DNA from: Diplonema japonicum
Lineage: Eukaryota; Protista; Euglenozoa: Diplonemea
Assembly (NCBI GenBank): GCA_964019335.1
Contig: OZ025760.1
Span: forward strand, 1 to 64,000
Length of the DNA stretch: 64,000 nt
Direction: 5' to 3'
The translations under genes were made by a program, and so were the position numbers. Below are positions 30,333 to 42,111 of the stretch, in pieces. Below the pieces are notes generated by a model, which was not told the DNA's origin, searched no databases, and saw only the letters and a program-made list of their open reading frames with translations. Positions within the stretch are counted from its first letter, which is position 1, and the number at the start of each line of letters is the position of its first letter.

Positions 30333-33300
30333 TCATTCTTGGCAGGCTGGATCAAGGGGGGGTGCTGAGGGGGTGCACGGGGCGAACTCCACAGCAGTAA
30401 TGTCGAGGGGTGCGGACTCGACTGAAGACATCTCCATCTCAATGGGGGCACAGCGGGGGTCGGTGGTGTCGGTGACGTCCTCGCGTAGGGTGATCGTCGA
30501 GCTGTGCCTGCCCAGCGTAGAGGTGGAGGCCAGACGAGTAAGCCCTCGTACTCGGCCTCTGCTCTTTAAGATGGCACCGACACAGACCCCAATAACTAAG
30601 ATGAGCACAGCTCCCGCCACGTAGTACAACTTCCCCATCATGGAGTCATTGCTCCCGTCCTCACCACCAACAAGCCCCCCGCTTACACCTTGAAGCTTCA
30701 GCTTGACTGCTAATATAGGCCCCAGCTCCTTCTCTCTCCCCACGAGCTCCCTCCCTCCCTCCACCCTCACTTCCACCACCTGATCTCCAGGCCCGCTGCA
30801 CGCATTTCCTCCAGGCAACACCGGTACGTACCCTACAACCCTCTCCCCTCCGTACCATGAGTACCTGCACATCGCAGTAACCTGCACCGCAGCCGGCTGG
30901 ATCCCGAGAGCCTTCACAGCTTCTGCGACACCTGCCTCGATCTGCTTAATGACATTGCCGGGGTGCTCCAAGGTCTTGAGCAGCAGGTATACAGACACAG
31001 CTGGTGAAGGTGACCGGGGTGAAGGGGTGGGCGAGCTTGTCGGCAGGAGCGAAGGGGGCGCACCAGAGGGAGCGTGCGAAGTCTTTGGTGCAGTGGATGG
31101 CACAACAGTGGGCTCGGGGGTAGGTTCCCCAGTTGCAGGTGCAGTGGTTGGAGAAGTTGTAGTATCCATAAAACCAGTCTTGGGGACAGTTGTGGGGGAG
31201 GGAGAGGTCGTGGGAGAGGTTGTGGGAGAGGTTGTGGGAGAGGTTGTGGGAGAGGTTGTGGGAGATGTCGTTTGAGCGGTCGAAGGGGTCGGGGAGGTCG
31301 TGGGAAAAGTCGTTGGGACTATCGTAGGGGAGATCGTTGGGGCGGTCGTCGTGGGTGGTAGACCTGCAGGTACTGTGGTTGGTGATGCAGTTTCCGGGGC
31401 TTGAGAGTCTGGGTGGCTTGTGTTGAGTGGTGCATCTGACAGAAGAACAGGCGTGGCTGTGGGCACCATTGGTGTTACTGGCATGCCAGTCACGTTCGGC
31501 ACTGGCGCAGGTGTACCCGGAGCCAGTGTAGCCGGCGGCATCGTGTCTGGGACAAACGAAGAGTTCGAGGCACATGCATACACAGAGAGGACCTCCTCTC
31601 CGTCACAGGCCCCCGCAACGGCAGCGGCGACGTTGTACTTGTTCCCGCACATGCAGGTACTGTTGGCAACACCTGCGTACCCGAACCCTAGTTGGAGGCA
31701 TGAATGAGTGCATGTGTCCACGGACAGCTGATGGACATGAACTCGCTCCAAACCAACGTCTGTCCTGTTAAAGCACCCGACGTACGTGTGACTGGGTGGT
31801 GCAGCGGTGTAGGGTGCGGCGGTATACGGTGCTGCTGTGGGTGCAATACAGCACTCTTGTTCAAGGCACGACCACCCATGGCAAACGATGGAAGGATCCT
31901 TTGCACGATACCATACGGGGCACTTATGAAGACCGCACGTGGCATGGCACGCATAGGTGACGTTCGCATAACCCTTTCTACACCCGCAAACAGGTGTGTT
32001 GTCTACCAGCAAGCAGAGCCCCCCTTCCCCTTGGTCGCAGCTTGTAAAATGGTTCGCAGTGCAAGGCTCTGTTATGACCCCCGTGCAGCTCCAGTCTAAC
32101 AGGTCAGTCGCTTCACTGACCTCAAGCACCACCTTGCTTACTTCCCAGGCCTTTGGCTGGAAAGGGGGAAGCTCTGTGCAGTTGTACAATCCTTCGTGGT
32201 ACCACTGGGCGCCGTGGCTAGCTGTGATATTCAACTGGCTGCACGTTGCTTGCTTCCACTTGATTTCGACGTAGTGGCCCGCAGGACACTCAAGCTCCCA
32301 ACAGCCTGTCCCCGACAAAGTGTCCGACTGGTGGGGCTTGTAACATTGAGCTGGCTCAGGGGTGTCTTCACATGCGCAGTGCCATTGGGTGGTGAAGGTG
32401 CCGGGACGGTACTGGATAACTGCGGGTGACGGAAGCAATTGTGTGCCGCAGATGTCAATCCAAGTGCTTCCATTTTGATACCTTGCCGTGTTGCCAGCAC
32501 TGCACTGAATGTCTGTGGCTACCATGCAGTGCGGACAGCTGTACCTTTGGCACATCCAGTCGTGGTCTTCCACAGTCCACGTTGCCGAACCAGCCGCTGC
32601 ATCGCTTACGACACCCCTGCACTCTGCGGGGTTCACTGCTGGCGGGCTGTACTGCACGTTATGTGATGCCTGCGACTTGAACCACATAGAGTGTGAGGTG
32701 CGGCCAGTGGGCACCCCTTGACGTGGCGGTGCGTCGCACACCCATACACTTGCGTACACCCCCATTCCATAAGCCGTTTCCCCGGTGCCGTACAACGGGA
32801 GGTTGATGTCCCGCCCCCCTGCTGCTGTAGAGGGAAGCGTTGCATTGTGGCCCTTTAAAAGCGTGAATAGCCGCCAGTCACTCTTACCGCTTGTGTCCCA
32901 CCCACGCAACGCGGCCTCCCTGGCCACATTAGAACTCACAGCAAAGTCCAACACTCTGTCGTGTAAGCTGCTGGTGCACCGCAGCCTCACCTGTTGCACC
33001 GCAGACATGTTGTAGCCGTACTCCTCCAGGAGCGCGTGCGAATGCCCCGAAGGAGACACAGGCATATCTACCACGAGGGGTCTCATGTCACCTTCGGGAC
33101 GATAGTAGGCCAAGAACAGCTGCCAGCCACCATTGGCCATGTCGCAGTAAACCTCAAGGGTCCTGCCGTCAACTGTGACGTTATACACACCATCGGGCAG
33201 ATGGCTGTTGCTGATGTAGAGGTCGGTGCAGGTGGCAGGCAAAGGCTCATATGCTGCACGGGTGTCGCCTCGGATGTGCGTGCTGTCCGCCACTTCGGTG

Positions 33301-36300
33301 ATGTTACTATCCGCAATGCCGGTGCACACACTGTTGCTGTACTGCCAATATCTGCAGCTCTGGTGTGACTTGCATGATACACAGCAGTCTGCAGCAGATA
33401 CGAGTGTTGCAGAGAAGACAGTAGCAGCATCGTCCCAGGCCCATCCGCCATTCTGGCGGGCGCATGCTGGGTCGGCTCTGCCACACTTACAGCAATTATC
33501 CGATGGATAGTTCAACCCCTTGTCTGCATCCACATTCCCTGCGCAGTGCTGCTCTGCGTAGTCACCACACGTCATGTTACCTGATGCCCACCCCTCGGTG
33601 TCCGTGCACGGCCCTGTGACGTCCAGGTTTGATGTGTAGAAGGTGATATTCCGCACGGCGATGGGACTGGTCCCTTCCAGTATGAGGGCGTAGGACTCGC
33701 AGCTGACGGGCATTTCTACCACGAAGTACCTTTTGCTGATGTCCTTCTGCTGCTTCAGAACACCACCGAAAGACATGAGCTGCTGCCACAAACCACCTAC
33801 ATGACAAGAGAGATGTCCTGATACGGGGACTGTCGCGTCCGAAAAAGGGTCGATGGTGAAGCCAGCTACAGGCGCTGCGTTGTACGCGGTGAAGTTGAAG
33901 ACAAAGGGCGGGCGGGCTGCGAGGTAAGAGGCGTGGGCAAGGTAAGTGTCGGCGGTGCTCAAATAACTGCTCTCCATGGATATCGTGAGCAAAGACAAAG
34001 GGCTCACAGTGTAAGGGACATTTGGTGTCGGCAGACACACCCCGCAAGACACGGGGCACAGGAAGGAAATGTTTCCGCATGGCTTGGTCACTGACGAGCA
34101 GTTAAGCCCCTCGACATCCAAGCACACACCACTCTTGGCACCGTGTGTGCAGCACGTCCTCTTGCAACCTACTCCGAGAGTACTACACCACAAGTCTGTC
34201 TCGTTAGCAGGAACACGGGCGAAGAACTCAGGGCAGCTTGCGTCATTGTCACTCACGGTGTCGCACCTGGGATCACCAGCACAGCACGCAATGGTGTCTA
34301 CACTCTTACGGCACGCAGTACCAGCACAGAACCGATCTGTGTGGTCGTACACAAGTTTCCTAAACTTGCAGTCCTGCACCGGGAACACACTGCACCGTGC
34401 TGCCGTCTGCGCAACCATGTGCCTGCCCAAAGACGGAAAGGGCACCCTGTTCCCAACACTGCCGACAGGGACATCAACATACGTGTAGTTTGTGACATTC
34501 CCCGAGAGGAGCACCCCATAAGCCGTCGATGAGTGATAACCAGACACCCCTATGGGCACGCTGGCCAGCTGCCCATCACTTGCAATCAGTTGTACAGTAC
34601 GGCCGCTGAAGACCCTGCCCCATCCATGGAGGACCGTGAGCGTATAGTAAGGCCCCGGGGCTGCTAAAGAGTATAGCACGTCAGCATCACCCAGCACCGT
34701 GACCAGCACTTGTGGTGGGTTCTCATAAGGTAGAACAGTAACAGTGGATGAGTAGTCGTGCTTGCCTACCCTTGTTGTCTTGAAGCTTTCAAGGGTGCCG
34801 TCGTTGATGAGCAACATGTCTGGGACACCAAACCCACAGACGTACAGGTCCAGCAACCCATCGTTGTTGGCATCTACGCACGCTGCGCCTCTTGTGTGCA
34901 TGGCGGTGTCCGTGAGGTTGTAGGGCAAAAAAGAGCCGCCACGCTGTGCGTATAAAGTGCCAGGCGACCCGTCCGCCGTAAGGTAGACGTCGAGGTACCC
35001 ATCGCCGTCGATGTCACACCACGTGTTGGCGACCGACCCCTTGAAGGACAGCCCTAGCGAAGCAAAGCTGCTCTGCCTGTTGTTGGCCCACAACGTGCTC
35101 TGAACCAGTGTCGACGTGAAGACATCGATGTACCCGTCTGCGTCGTAGTCGATGACGGCCACTGCAGTGGCACGCTCTGGTAAGGACACGCCAAAGCAGT
35201 TTTTGAACTGGTGCAGCCCGTTAGCGTACCCGGTCTGCAGCAACACGTTCAAGCTGTACCCAGCAAGCACCACGTCCACCAGACCATCGTTGTCAATGTC
35301 ACCACAGGCCGCTACTCTTCCCAAATCGTCAAGGGGCTGTCGCGCAAACCCCACAGTGCCAGGTGAACCCCTGTTGACTAAGAGTGTTGCAGTACCATTG
35401 CTGTAGGTGACGACGAGGTCGTCGTGCCCGTCGCTGTTGATGTCGCACACTACCACGTCGAACACACAGCAGCTTGCCTCAAGGATGCTTGGAGCAGGAC
35501 CGCTGCCGCCAGAGAGGTACGCAAGGCCTTCCGCCTTGACGAGAAGCAAGTCCTGCGTACCATCGTTGTCAACGTCTAGCACAGCACTGCCCGTGGTGTT
35601 CGTGGTGTTCTGCAACGCTGCTTCCATCTTCAGGTGCTCGTTGCTTGCCCTGCGCTTCAGAGGGTCGTCGAGGGCGGTGAGGTTTACAACTGGTGTGAAG
35701 AGTTGCACATCGGAAAGCTTTCCCAGACCAGCATTCACCCTCACGTAAGTGTTTCCCTGAAGTGGCTTCACAGACGCGTACCGCACACCGTTAGGGTACT
35801 GCACTGGGGAGGCCACGCTCTCTGTTTGGACTGTGTGCCATTCCACACTGTTGTTGCTTACTTGCAATGTGTACGTCGTACCCCCTGGTGAACATAGCTT
35901 CACTGTCACGCCGTCGATGACCACATCCTTGGGGACGGTGAATAAGTACTCATTGCTGCACACCCCCGGGATGACGTGTCCCAGCACATCCAGTGGCCAC
36001 GGGTTGCCATACACCAGCACTGACGTGCGGAGGGCGCTGCTGGAGTTTACTTCTACCACCTTCACAGGAACAGCAGAGTCTATCTTGTGGTATGTGTTCG
36101 GTGCCACCCCTGTGGCGATGGTATCGTCTAGTGGGGTGCCTATAACAAAGGTGTCGCTGCCCCCGCTCGTCACGTACACTGCCTCGGCATGTACGGCATA
36201 CGGGAGCACGCTGATGATCCACCTCCCTTCGTGTTCGCTGCACTTCGGTCCCACAGGGAACACCCTGTCGTCGTGCAGTGCGTACCGCACCCAACCTGCA

Positions 36301-37328
36301 GGTACATGTGCCCTGTTGCTGCTGTTCAACCTCCGCACCATCTCCTCGTACGTGAACACACAGTGGCCATCGACAGCTGCCACGGCGGCTTCGTCGCCGC
36401 ACGGCGTGATCACCGCACTGCCGCTCGCAGGCCCGGCACCGCTGAGGCTTACCGTGATGCCGTCGTCGGCCACTACACATGACACAGGGCTTATGGCGCA
36501 ATTCGCGGTCACTTGCGGGATTGTGAAATGCCCCACCGCAGGGGGGCGCATCGGGTTGCCAAGATCGTCGTACAGGCCGCCAGGGCCGCACGTGAGGGTG
36601 AAGGGCGCCGGCGGAAGGTGCGGATGTGTTTCGTAGCCCTGTGCACAGGTAGGCGCGCACGTGCCGCCTGTCTCGAGTCCCTCGCATTGGCTGTACAGCA
36701 CACCATAACGAGGGTTAGCAACGGTTTTGCAGAGGTTCGGGGTGCATGTGGGAACACCCACCAAATTGTGAGCCTCGTGGGTGCAGGCCCCTGTGGCTCC
36801 TAAACATGTGTGGCCGTCGGAAGGAGACCACGTACAGCGCTGGTTGACTTCGATGGCAGAAAGAGAGGAGCAATTTGGGGAGATGACAGCGCCAGACACA
36901 AGGGGCACAGCGCATGTGAAAGGGGCAGCACAGAAGTTACATGTTTCAGGACAAGCCTGGGGCCACCAGCAGTTTGGGAACAGGTTACATAGCGGTGCAA
37001 ACTCGACAATCTGGCAGGGCTCGCAGCAGAGACGGTCCGTGCAGGCGCCGTTGCACTTGATGTGCCCCACGTCATGGCGTTTCTGCCGACCGGCGTGCTG
37101 GCAGTTGTAAAGGTCGCAGTCACTGATGGAGGTGCGGTTTCCACAATCCGAGCAGTCAGTACCTATTGGACACAAGTCATAGTCATGGCCTGGCCCACCG
37201 TCGTCACACTCACCATCTCTCACTACAGGGCCGAATATACCTTGCACATTGCAGTCGTCAGTGCATCTCCATTCGCTCACCACAGACACCACTTGGGACA
37301 GCGCAAGTACTATTCCCCACTTGGGCAT
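30333..37328 (-). CDS. Large mosaic type I membrane protein (Cys-rich repeats, FG-GAP propeller, PAN/Apple-like, fibrinogen-like, WSC, mucin stalk)
   Basis: Signal peptide MPKWGIVLAL; repeated DxxxDGxxDL FG-GAP motifs; VYCDMANGGWQL; YVGCF...C...GFGYAGV...CMCGN (WSC); (TTSP)n repeat at ~31200-31270; TM segment. Confidence 0.88.
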   Translation of the reverse strand: MPKWGIVLALSQVVSVVSEWRCTDDCNVQGIFGPVVRDGECDDGGPGHDYDLCPIGTDCSDCGNRTSISDCDLYNCQHAGRQKRHDVGHIKCNGACTDRLCCEPCQIVEFAPLCNLFPNCWWPQACPETCNFCAAPFTCAVPLVSGAVISPNCSSLSAIEVNQRCTWSPSDGHTCLGATGACTHEAHNLVGVPTCTPNLCKTVANPRYGVLYSQCEGLETGGTCAPTCAQGYETHPHLPPAPFTLTCGPGGLYDDLGNPMRPPAVGHFTIPQVTANCAISPVSCVVADDGITVSLSGAGPASGSAVITPCGDEAAVAAVDGHCVFTYEEMVRRLNSSNRAHVPAGWVRYALHDDRVFPVGPKCSEHEGRWIISVLPYAVHAEAVYVTSGGSDTFVIGTPLDDTIATGVAPNTYHKIDSAVPVKVVEVNSSSALRTSVLVYGNPWPLDVLGHVIPGVCSNEYLFTVPKDVVIDGVTVKLCSPGGTTYTLQVSNNSVEWHTVQTESVASPVQYPNGVRYASVKPLQGNTYVRVNAGLGKLSDVQLFTPVVNLTALDDPLKRRASNEHLKMEAALQNTTNTTGSAVLDVDNDGTQDLLLVKAEGLAYLSGGSGPAPSILEASCCVFDVVVCDINSDGHDDLVVTYSNGTATLLVNRGSPGTVGFARQPLDDLGRVAACGDIDNDGLVDVVLAGYSLNVLLQTGYANGLHQFKNCFGVSLPERATAVAVIDYDADGYIDVFTSTLVQSTLWANNRQSSFASLGLSFKGSVANTWCDIDGDGYLDVYLTADGSPGTLYAQRGGSFLPYNLTDTAMHTRGAACVDANNDGLLDLYVCGFGVPDMLLINDGTLESFKTTRVGKHDYSSTVTVLPYENPPQVLVTVLGDADVLYSLAAPGPYYTLTVLHGWGRVFSGRTVQLIASDGQLASVPIGVSGYHSSTAYGVLLSGNVTNYTYVDVPVGSVGNRVPFPSLGRHMVAQTAARCSVFPVQDCKFRKLVYDHTDRFCAGTACRKSVDTIACCAGDPRCDTVSDNDASCPEFFARVPANETDLWCSTLGVGCKRTCCTHGAKSGVCLDVEGLNCSSVTKPCGNISFLCPVSCGVCLPTPNVPYTVSPLSLLTISMESSYLSTADTYLAHASYLAARPPFVFNFTAYNAAPVAGFTIDPFSDATVPVSGHLSCHVGGLWQQLMSFGGVLKQQKDISKRYFVVEMPVSCESYALILEGTSPIAVRNITFYTSNLDVTGPCTDTEGWASGNMTCGDYAEQHCAGNVDADKGLNYPSDNCCKCGRADPACARQNGGWAWDDAATVFSATLVSAADCCVSCKSHQSCRYWQYSNSVCTGIADSNITEVADSTHIRGDTRAAYEPLPATCTDLYISNSHLPDGVYNVTVDGRTLEVYCDMANGGWQLFLAYYRPEGDMRPLVVDMPVSPSGHSHALLEEYGYNMSAVQQVRLRCTSSLHDRVLDFAVSSNVAREAALRGWDTSGKSDWRLFTLLKGHNATLPSTAAGGRDINLPLYGTGETAYGMGVYASVWVCDAPPRQGVPTGRTSHSMWFKSQASHNVQYSPPAVNPAECRGVVSDAAAGSATWTVEDHDWMCQRYSCPHCMVATDIQCSAGNTARYQNGSTWIDICGTQLLPSPAVIQYRPGTFTTQWHCACEDTPEPAQCYKPHQSDTLSGTGCWELECPAGHYVEIKWKQATCSQLNITASHGAQWYHEGLYNCTELPPFQPKAWEVSKVVLEVSEATDLLDWSCTGVITEPCTANHFTSCDQGEGGLCLLVDNTPVCGCRKGYANVTYACHATCGLHKCPVWYRAKDPSIVCHGWSCLEQECCIAPTAAPYTAAPYTAAPPSHTYVGCFNRTDVGLERVHVHQLSVDTCTHSCLQLGFGYAGVANSTCMCGNKYNVAAAVAGACDGEEVLSVYACASNSSFVPDTMPPATLAPGTPAPVPNVTGMPVTPMVPTATPVLLSDAPLNTSHPDSQAPETASPTTVPAGLPPTTTAPTISPTIVPTTFPTTSPTPSTAQTTSPTTSPTTSPTTSPTTSPTTSPSPTTVPKTGFMDTTTSPTTAPATGEPTPEPTVVPSTAPKTSHAPSGAPPSLLPTSSPTPSPRSPSPAVSVYLLLKTLEHPGNVIKQIEAGVAEAVKALGIQPAAVQVTAMCRYSWYGGERVVGYVPVLPGGNACSGPGDQVVEVRVEGGRELVGREKELGPILAVKLKLQGVSGGLVGGEDGSNDSMMGKLYYVAGAVLILVIGVCVGAILKSRGRVRGLTRLASTSTLGRHSSTITLREDVTDTTDPRCAPIEMEMSSVESAPLDITAVEFAPCTPSAPPLDPACQE

Positions 37329-38351
37329 TCTTTTTCTTTTTCCTCCTTTTTTTTTTTCTTCCGTTGCGCGTGGGGGCGAAGGAAAAAACGAAAAAAAAAA
37401 TAACACCTCTCCCAATTTCTTTTCCCCCTCCAAATAAAAAAAAAAGGGGAAGGGTGGAGGAATATCGGAAGGGGAAAAAAAGAAAAAAAGAGGAAAGGGC
37501 ACAAAAAAAAATACTTTGAGTACTGTCACAAGGCAGGGGAGAGAAAGGGGGAGAAGAAAATGATGACAAGAAAAAAAGAAAGCCCATTGTTTGCATGTCA
37601 ATGGCAGTTAAAAAAAAGGGGGGGGGGAAACTTTTTTTCTTTTTTCATTTCTAAATTCATGTAGTGAACAGGGGGGAGGCGGGTTGCAAAAAAAAAAACA
37701 AAAGGAGGGGAGGGGGAGGGGGGACAGTGTCCCTCCCCCTTCTCCAAATTCCACACCCACTTCCGAGCTTCAAACCCTGCTAGCCCGCATAGGTTGCTTC
37801 AACAACTAAGGCTAAGGCTTTGCAGGCTGGAAAAATCGCGAACCTTTCTCACTTTTTATTTTCTCCCTGAACCCGTTTCTTTTTTTTTTTCTCCTTTTTT
37901 TTTGCTCCTCGTAAGAAAGGTAGTGGAATTGATATCTCTCTTTCTTTTTGCGATCTTGCTTTTTTTTTTTTTTTTCTCTTTTTTTTTTCTCCTTTTTCTT
38001 TCTTTCTTTTCTTGCAAGTAAACGGAAAAATAAGGACTTGATGTCAAACGTGCCTCTTCTGGCAGGAACATCAAAGGCCATGGACTCTTCATGCTCATTA
38101 TTCCCCCTTTTTTTCTTTCTCCCCCCCCCCCCCTGTTCTTTCTTTCCTTCCTCAACACAAAAAAAAGGGGGGGAAAGAAGGGGAAAAAAAAAGAAGAAAA
38201 GCACGTGGTTGGGAGAAGGGAAGGTGAAGAAAGAAACAAACACTACACTGTTGAATTTAACAAAAAAAACAACAAAAAAAAAAGTGAACTACAGATATGA
38301 CACATGCTTCTTTTTCTCTAGGTCCTTTAAGTCACCGTATTTACGTGTCAA

Positions 38352-38553
38352 CTACAAACTGGCTGAGTTCGTCGGAGGGGGACAAACACCTAAGCTGAGG
38401 AGAGTCGCGAAGGTGCCTGTCCGAGGAGCCCTGCGACCATTTATTTAGGTTCTCAATGTACTTGTCGTTGTCATCGGTGTCGAGAGACTTTTGGCTGACC
38501 TGACTGGCCTTCTTGTAGTCGTCGTGGACGTCGTAGAAGGAGGAGAATGCTTC

Positions 38554-38591
<38 letters not shown>

Positions 38592-40778
38592 TTGGGATTC
38601 AAAAGTACATACCCTGCTCCACCCCTTCGGCAGAGGTTTGGATTGGCCTGCGTCGCCCTCCTCTAGGTCAAAGTACTTCGTGTTCGCTCCTGTGACATCC
38701 GGGACGAAGGGTGGCCTGAGCTTCCTCGCCTCGCAAGCTTCCCAATCAAAACCAATGTACCACTCGTCTTTCTTAAACTCTTCAATGTTCGACAGTCGCA
38801 GTGTAGGGTCCTTCTCGATGAGGCGGAGCACGAGCTTCCTTGCAGCGATGGACAGCTTCGGTCTAATGGGGAATGTGGTCACCTTGATCTGCCTGTTCAG
38901 AATCTGCTTCATAGCCTCCCTTGGGTCGCTGTTCCAGAACGGGTAGCAGCCTGTGAGCAGCAGGAACAACAGCACCCCGAGCGCCCACCAATCTACCTCG
39001 AAGCCGTACCCTACTGCAGACTGCTTCAGGATCTCCGGTGCCATATACGGGAGCGTCCCGCAGCGTGTTGTGTTGTGCTCTGTGGGGAGGACAGTCTTCG
39101 CGAAACCGAAGTCTGTCAGCACGCAGTGCCCTTCCTTGTCCAGCACCAGGTTTTCAGCCTTCAAGTCCCTGTGCAATATGTTGATCGAATGCAGATGCCC
39201 CAGAGCCAACGCCACCTCTGCAGCGTAGAACCGGGCGTCTTCTTCCTTCAGATGGCTCCCAGGGCATGTTTGCACATGGTGGAATAACTCCCCGCCAGTC
39301 AGGAAATCGAACAGAAGAAACAGCCTCCCTTTGGTCTGGAACGCTGCATGCAGCTTCACGATGAACGGGTGCGAGATGTTCAGGAGGATCGTCTTCTCCC
39401 TTCTGATGTTGGTGATTTGCGATTCCTTCAGCAGTGCCGCCTTTTGCAGGATCTTCACAGCGTAGACCTGGCCCGAGGCGTTTTCCCTCACCTTGCACAC
39501 CCTCCCGAAGGAGCCTTTGCCGATAACCTTAATGAACTCAAACTGTGCGGGAGTGTATGTGTTGGTTGGGAGGTGCCCTCCTTGCACTTGGATCTCCAAG
39601 GGGGATGTGGCCGACACCTGGAACGCAGGCACCATTAAACCATGCCCTTCTTTGCACATAAAGTATCGTTTCCCCATGTGGCTTCCATCGTTGCCGTTGG
39701 ACACGGGTTCGTCAGTTTCAATGCCCACCCACAAGCCTTGCTCGAACTCATGTTTACCTGTCCACACGCACACACCGGTGATCTTCTCATCCAACGACAC
39801 CCGCACACGCTGCCCGCAGTACAGGTCGGACCTGATGAAGCTAAAGCGGTTGCATGCCCTTCGCAGATTTGCGAACCAGTCTTCCTTATCGTCATCACCG
39901 TTGGTTATGAAGTACCAGGGGTATTCCGGGGACTGATAGCTTTTGAGGGCAAAGGAGAAGGGAGATGGTGAGGGGAGCTTAGAGGGCGTCATCGATGTGT
40001 CTATGAGCTCGCACATGGTCAGGTCCACAACACCCTCTGGTTTGTCCAGCTGGTGGACACGGTAGTAGAGGTACTGCCCCCTAAGGTCCACCCACCTGGG
40101 CTTGAAGTAGTCCGTGTCGTGTTGGCTGGACGTTTTGGGTGACTTCACGTGGTTCTTCCCGTACATCGAAATCTTGAGCCAGCCTGCTTTTTCGGGGGAA
40201 AAGTCGGGGAGAGTGGTGTTGAGCTGTGTGGTCTTCACACGCATCATTTTGTGCGCGTACAGCTTGTTCGCACTGTTCTGTGATCTGTCATCACCGATGC
40301 CCTTGATTGCTTTGTTGCACTTAACAAGCTCCTCCCCTATCGCATCTGCAAGGGTGGATATGGCGTTGATCCAGTGCTTTTTCGTTTCGGCATCACCCGC
40401 GGCCCCCAGGGTCTCCATGAGAGCCTCTACAAAACACTGGCAAAACACGCGCAGTTGGTCCGGGGTAACGCCCAAGTGAGCGTGATAGACGGCCAGGGCG
40501 TGGATGGCACCGTTGTCGGGGTTTGCGAGGATCCATTCCACAACAGGTGTCACTGCGTGCTGCTGCCTTCTCATGTTCGTCCCCATGAAGAGCTTCCGCG
40601 CAGCAGCGCCTCCCTTTTCCAAAAATTTTTGGTAGTGCAGCGTCCCCAACCGCTCCAGTTCACCATCGTCTTTTATCTTGTTCCATGTTGCCGATAGCTT
40701 TTCCGTAGTCCTCGCGTCAAGTGTGATGGATGGGCTCTCTTTCGGACTAGCCTTTTCCTTGTGATGACTATTGCCCAT
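38352..40778 (-). CDS. Globin - PH - CAP-Gly - AGC-family Ser/Thr kinase; one intron (38557-38612)
   Basis: MGNS myristoylation motif; globin pattern ATWNKI...HYQKFL...KLF..TNMRRQ...LAVYHAHLGVTP...W; PH motif KAGWL..RWV.L...W; CAP-Gly motif GLWVGIE.D....NDGS.MGKRYF.C..G.G; kinase motifs GKGSFG, HRDLK, DFG, CGT.PYMAPE and PPFVP. Confidence 0.92.
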
Positions 40779-40841
40779 TTTGTTGAACCTCCTAGGGACG
40801 ATAAGAAAAGGTGTTTTTTTTAAAATACAAAACACTTAAAG

Positions 40842-41232
40842 TCACAAATCTCTAGCAAGCATATACTTATACCCGGGAGCAACGTGAATGCGCCCCCCCT
40901 TTGCATGCACGCACGATACGTCCCTCTTGGCGGGTATTCTGGGTACTCCTCTGAAGAGCTTCCTTAGCAACGGTGGGACGAAGGGTTTGGTGTAAATTAC
41001 ATTGTCCGGAAGGACCGTGTGGGTATGTTTAATCTCTTCGTACCTTTGCAAAGGGGTCAGAGACATGGGTCGGGGGCTGTAGACCTTTAAAGATCTTTTT
41101 GTATTCTCTTTAAAAGGTACCGCTAGGATGGGAAGGGTTATCGATGTCTCGTCTTCTCTCACACCGTCGCCGCCAGGGTCCCAGACATCTTCGAGATCCA
41201 ACAGGCACCCAAGCTGCAAACAATCTCGCATG
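40842..41232 (-). CDS. Small hypothetical protein
   Basis: ~130-aa open frame from the ATG (MRDCLQ), co-oriented with the cluster; no motif recognised. Confidence 0.35.
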
Positions 41233-41395
41233 TTTAACTGTAGTAAATACGTGGGGTGACATATTTCAAAGAAAAAGGTACGTGCGTGCAGGAATCGGAC
41301 ACGATGTCCAAACTTACCATTTTGTAACAAATCAAAGAAAGAAGCGGGTAAGAAGGGGACAATATATTAGTTGAGGGATAGAGATAGGATAGAGT

Positions 41396-42079
41396 TCATC
41401 CTTTGTAAGCTTCAGTGTCCTTCATATGAAAGGGAACATACATCACGCCAGTCAGCTTTGTAACGGTAACATGTCCGGTGGTCGATTTCTTCACCATAAC
41501 AAGGTTTTGGGTGTTGACCCCCACAGGGAGGAGGAGGCATCCCGGGGAAGTGAGGGAGTCAACAAGGGGTTTGGGGATCTCGGGTGCGGCAGCACCCACA
41601 TGGATGGCATTGAACTTGTCTTTAGAAGGCCAACCTCTGCTGGCGTCGCCTGCTAGGAGCTGAATGCTACCATCATTGATCTCGTTGGTGAAACCGTCAT
41701 TTTTACAGTTTTCGATGGACCAAGGAACAAGCTCCTTCACAAACTCCATCCCATAGGCACTGCCCCCTTCTCCCACCATAAAGCGCATGCAAGCAGTTAG
41801 GTACCCGCTACCACTCCCACAATCAAGCACCTTTCCGCCTGGAACCAAAAACTCCTTCATGTGTTCTAAGCACATTGCATGCATATGGGGTGCTGATACT
41901 GTCACACTGTACCCAATCGGCTGCGGTGAGTCTTGATATGCCTCGGTGCTCTCTCTCACATATTTCTTCCTGTCCACTCTAAGCATCGCCTGTTCGACTG
42001 CCGTGCTTTGAATCACGCCCGATGCTTTTAGCTTTGTGACCATTTCAAGGTTTGTCTTTCCGCTGCATCTCCAGGCCAT
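41396..42079 (-). CDS. PCMT1: Protein-L-isoaspartate O-methyltransferase
   Basis: MAWRCSG..N...AY.DSPQPIGY..T.SAPHMHA, VLDCGSGSGYLTAC, AIHVGAAAP, V.YVP. Confidence 0.95.
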   Translation of the reverse strand: MAWRCSGKTNLEMVTKLKASGVIQSTAVEQAMLRVDRKKYVRESTEAYQDSPQPIGYSVTVSAPHMHAMCLEHMKEFLVPGGKVLDCGSGSGYLTACMRFMVGEGGSAYGMEFVKELVPWSIENCKNDGFTNEINDGSIQLLAGDASRGWPSKDKFNAIHVGAAAPEIPKPLVDSLTSPGCLLLPVGVNTQNLVMVKKSTTGHVTVTKLTGVMYVPFHMKDTEAYKG

Positions 42080-42111
42080 TTTATTAACGTAAAAAGCGTG
42101 TCTGAAAAAAA

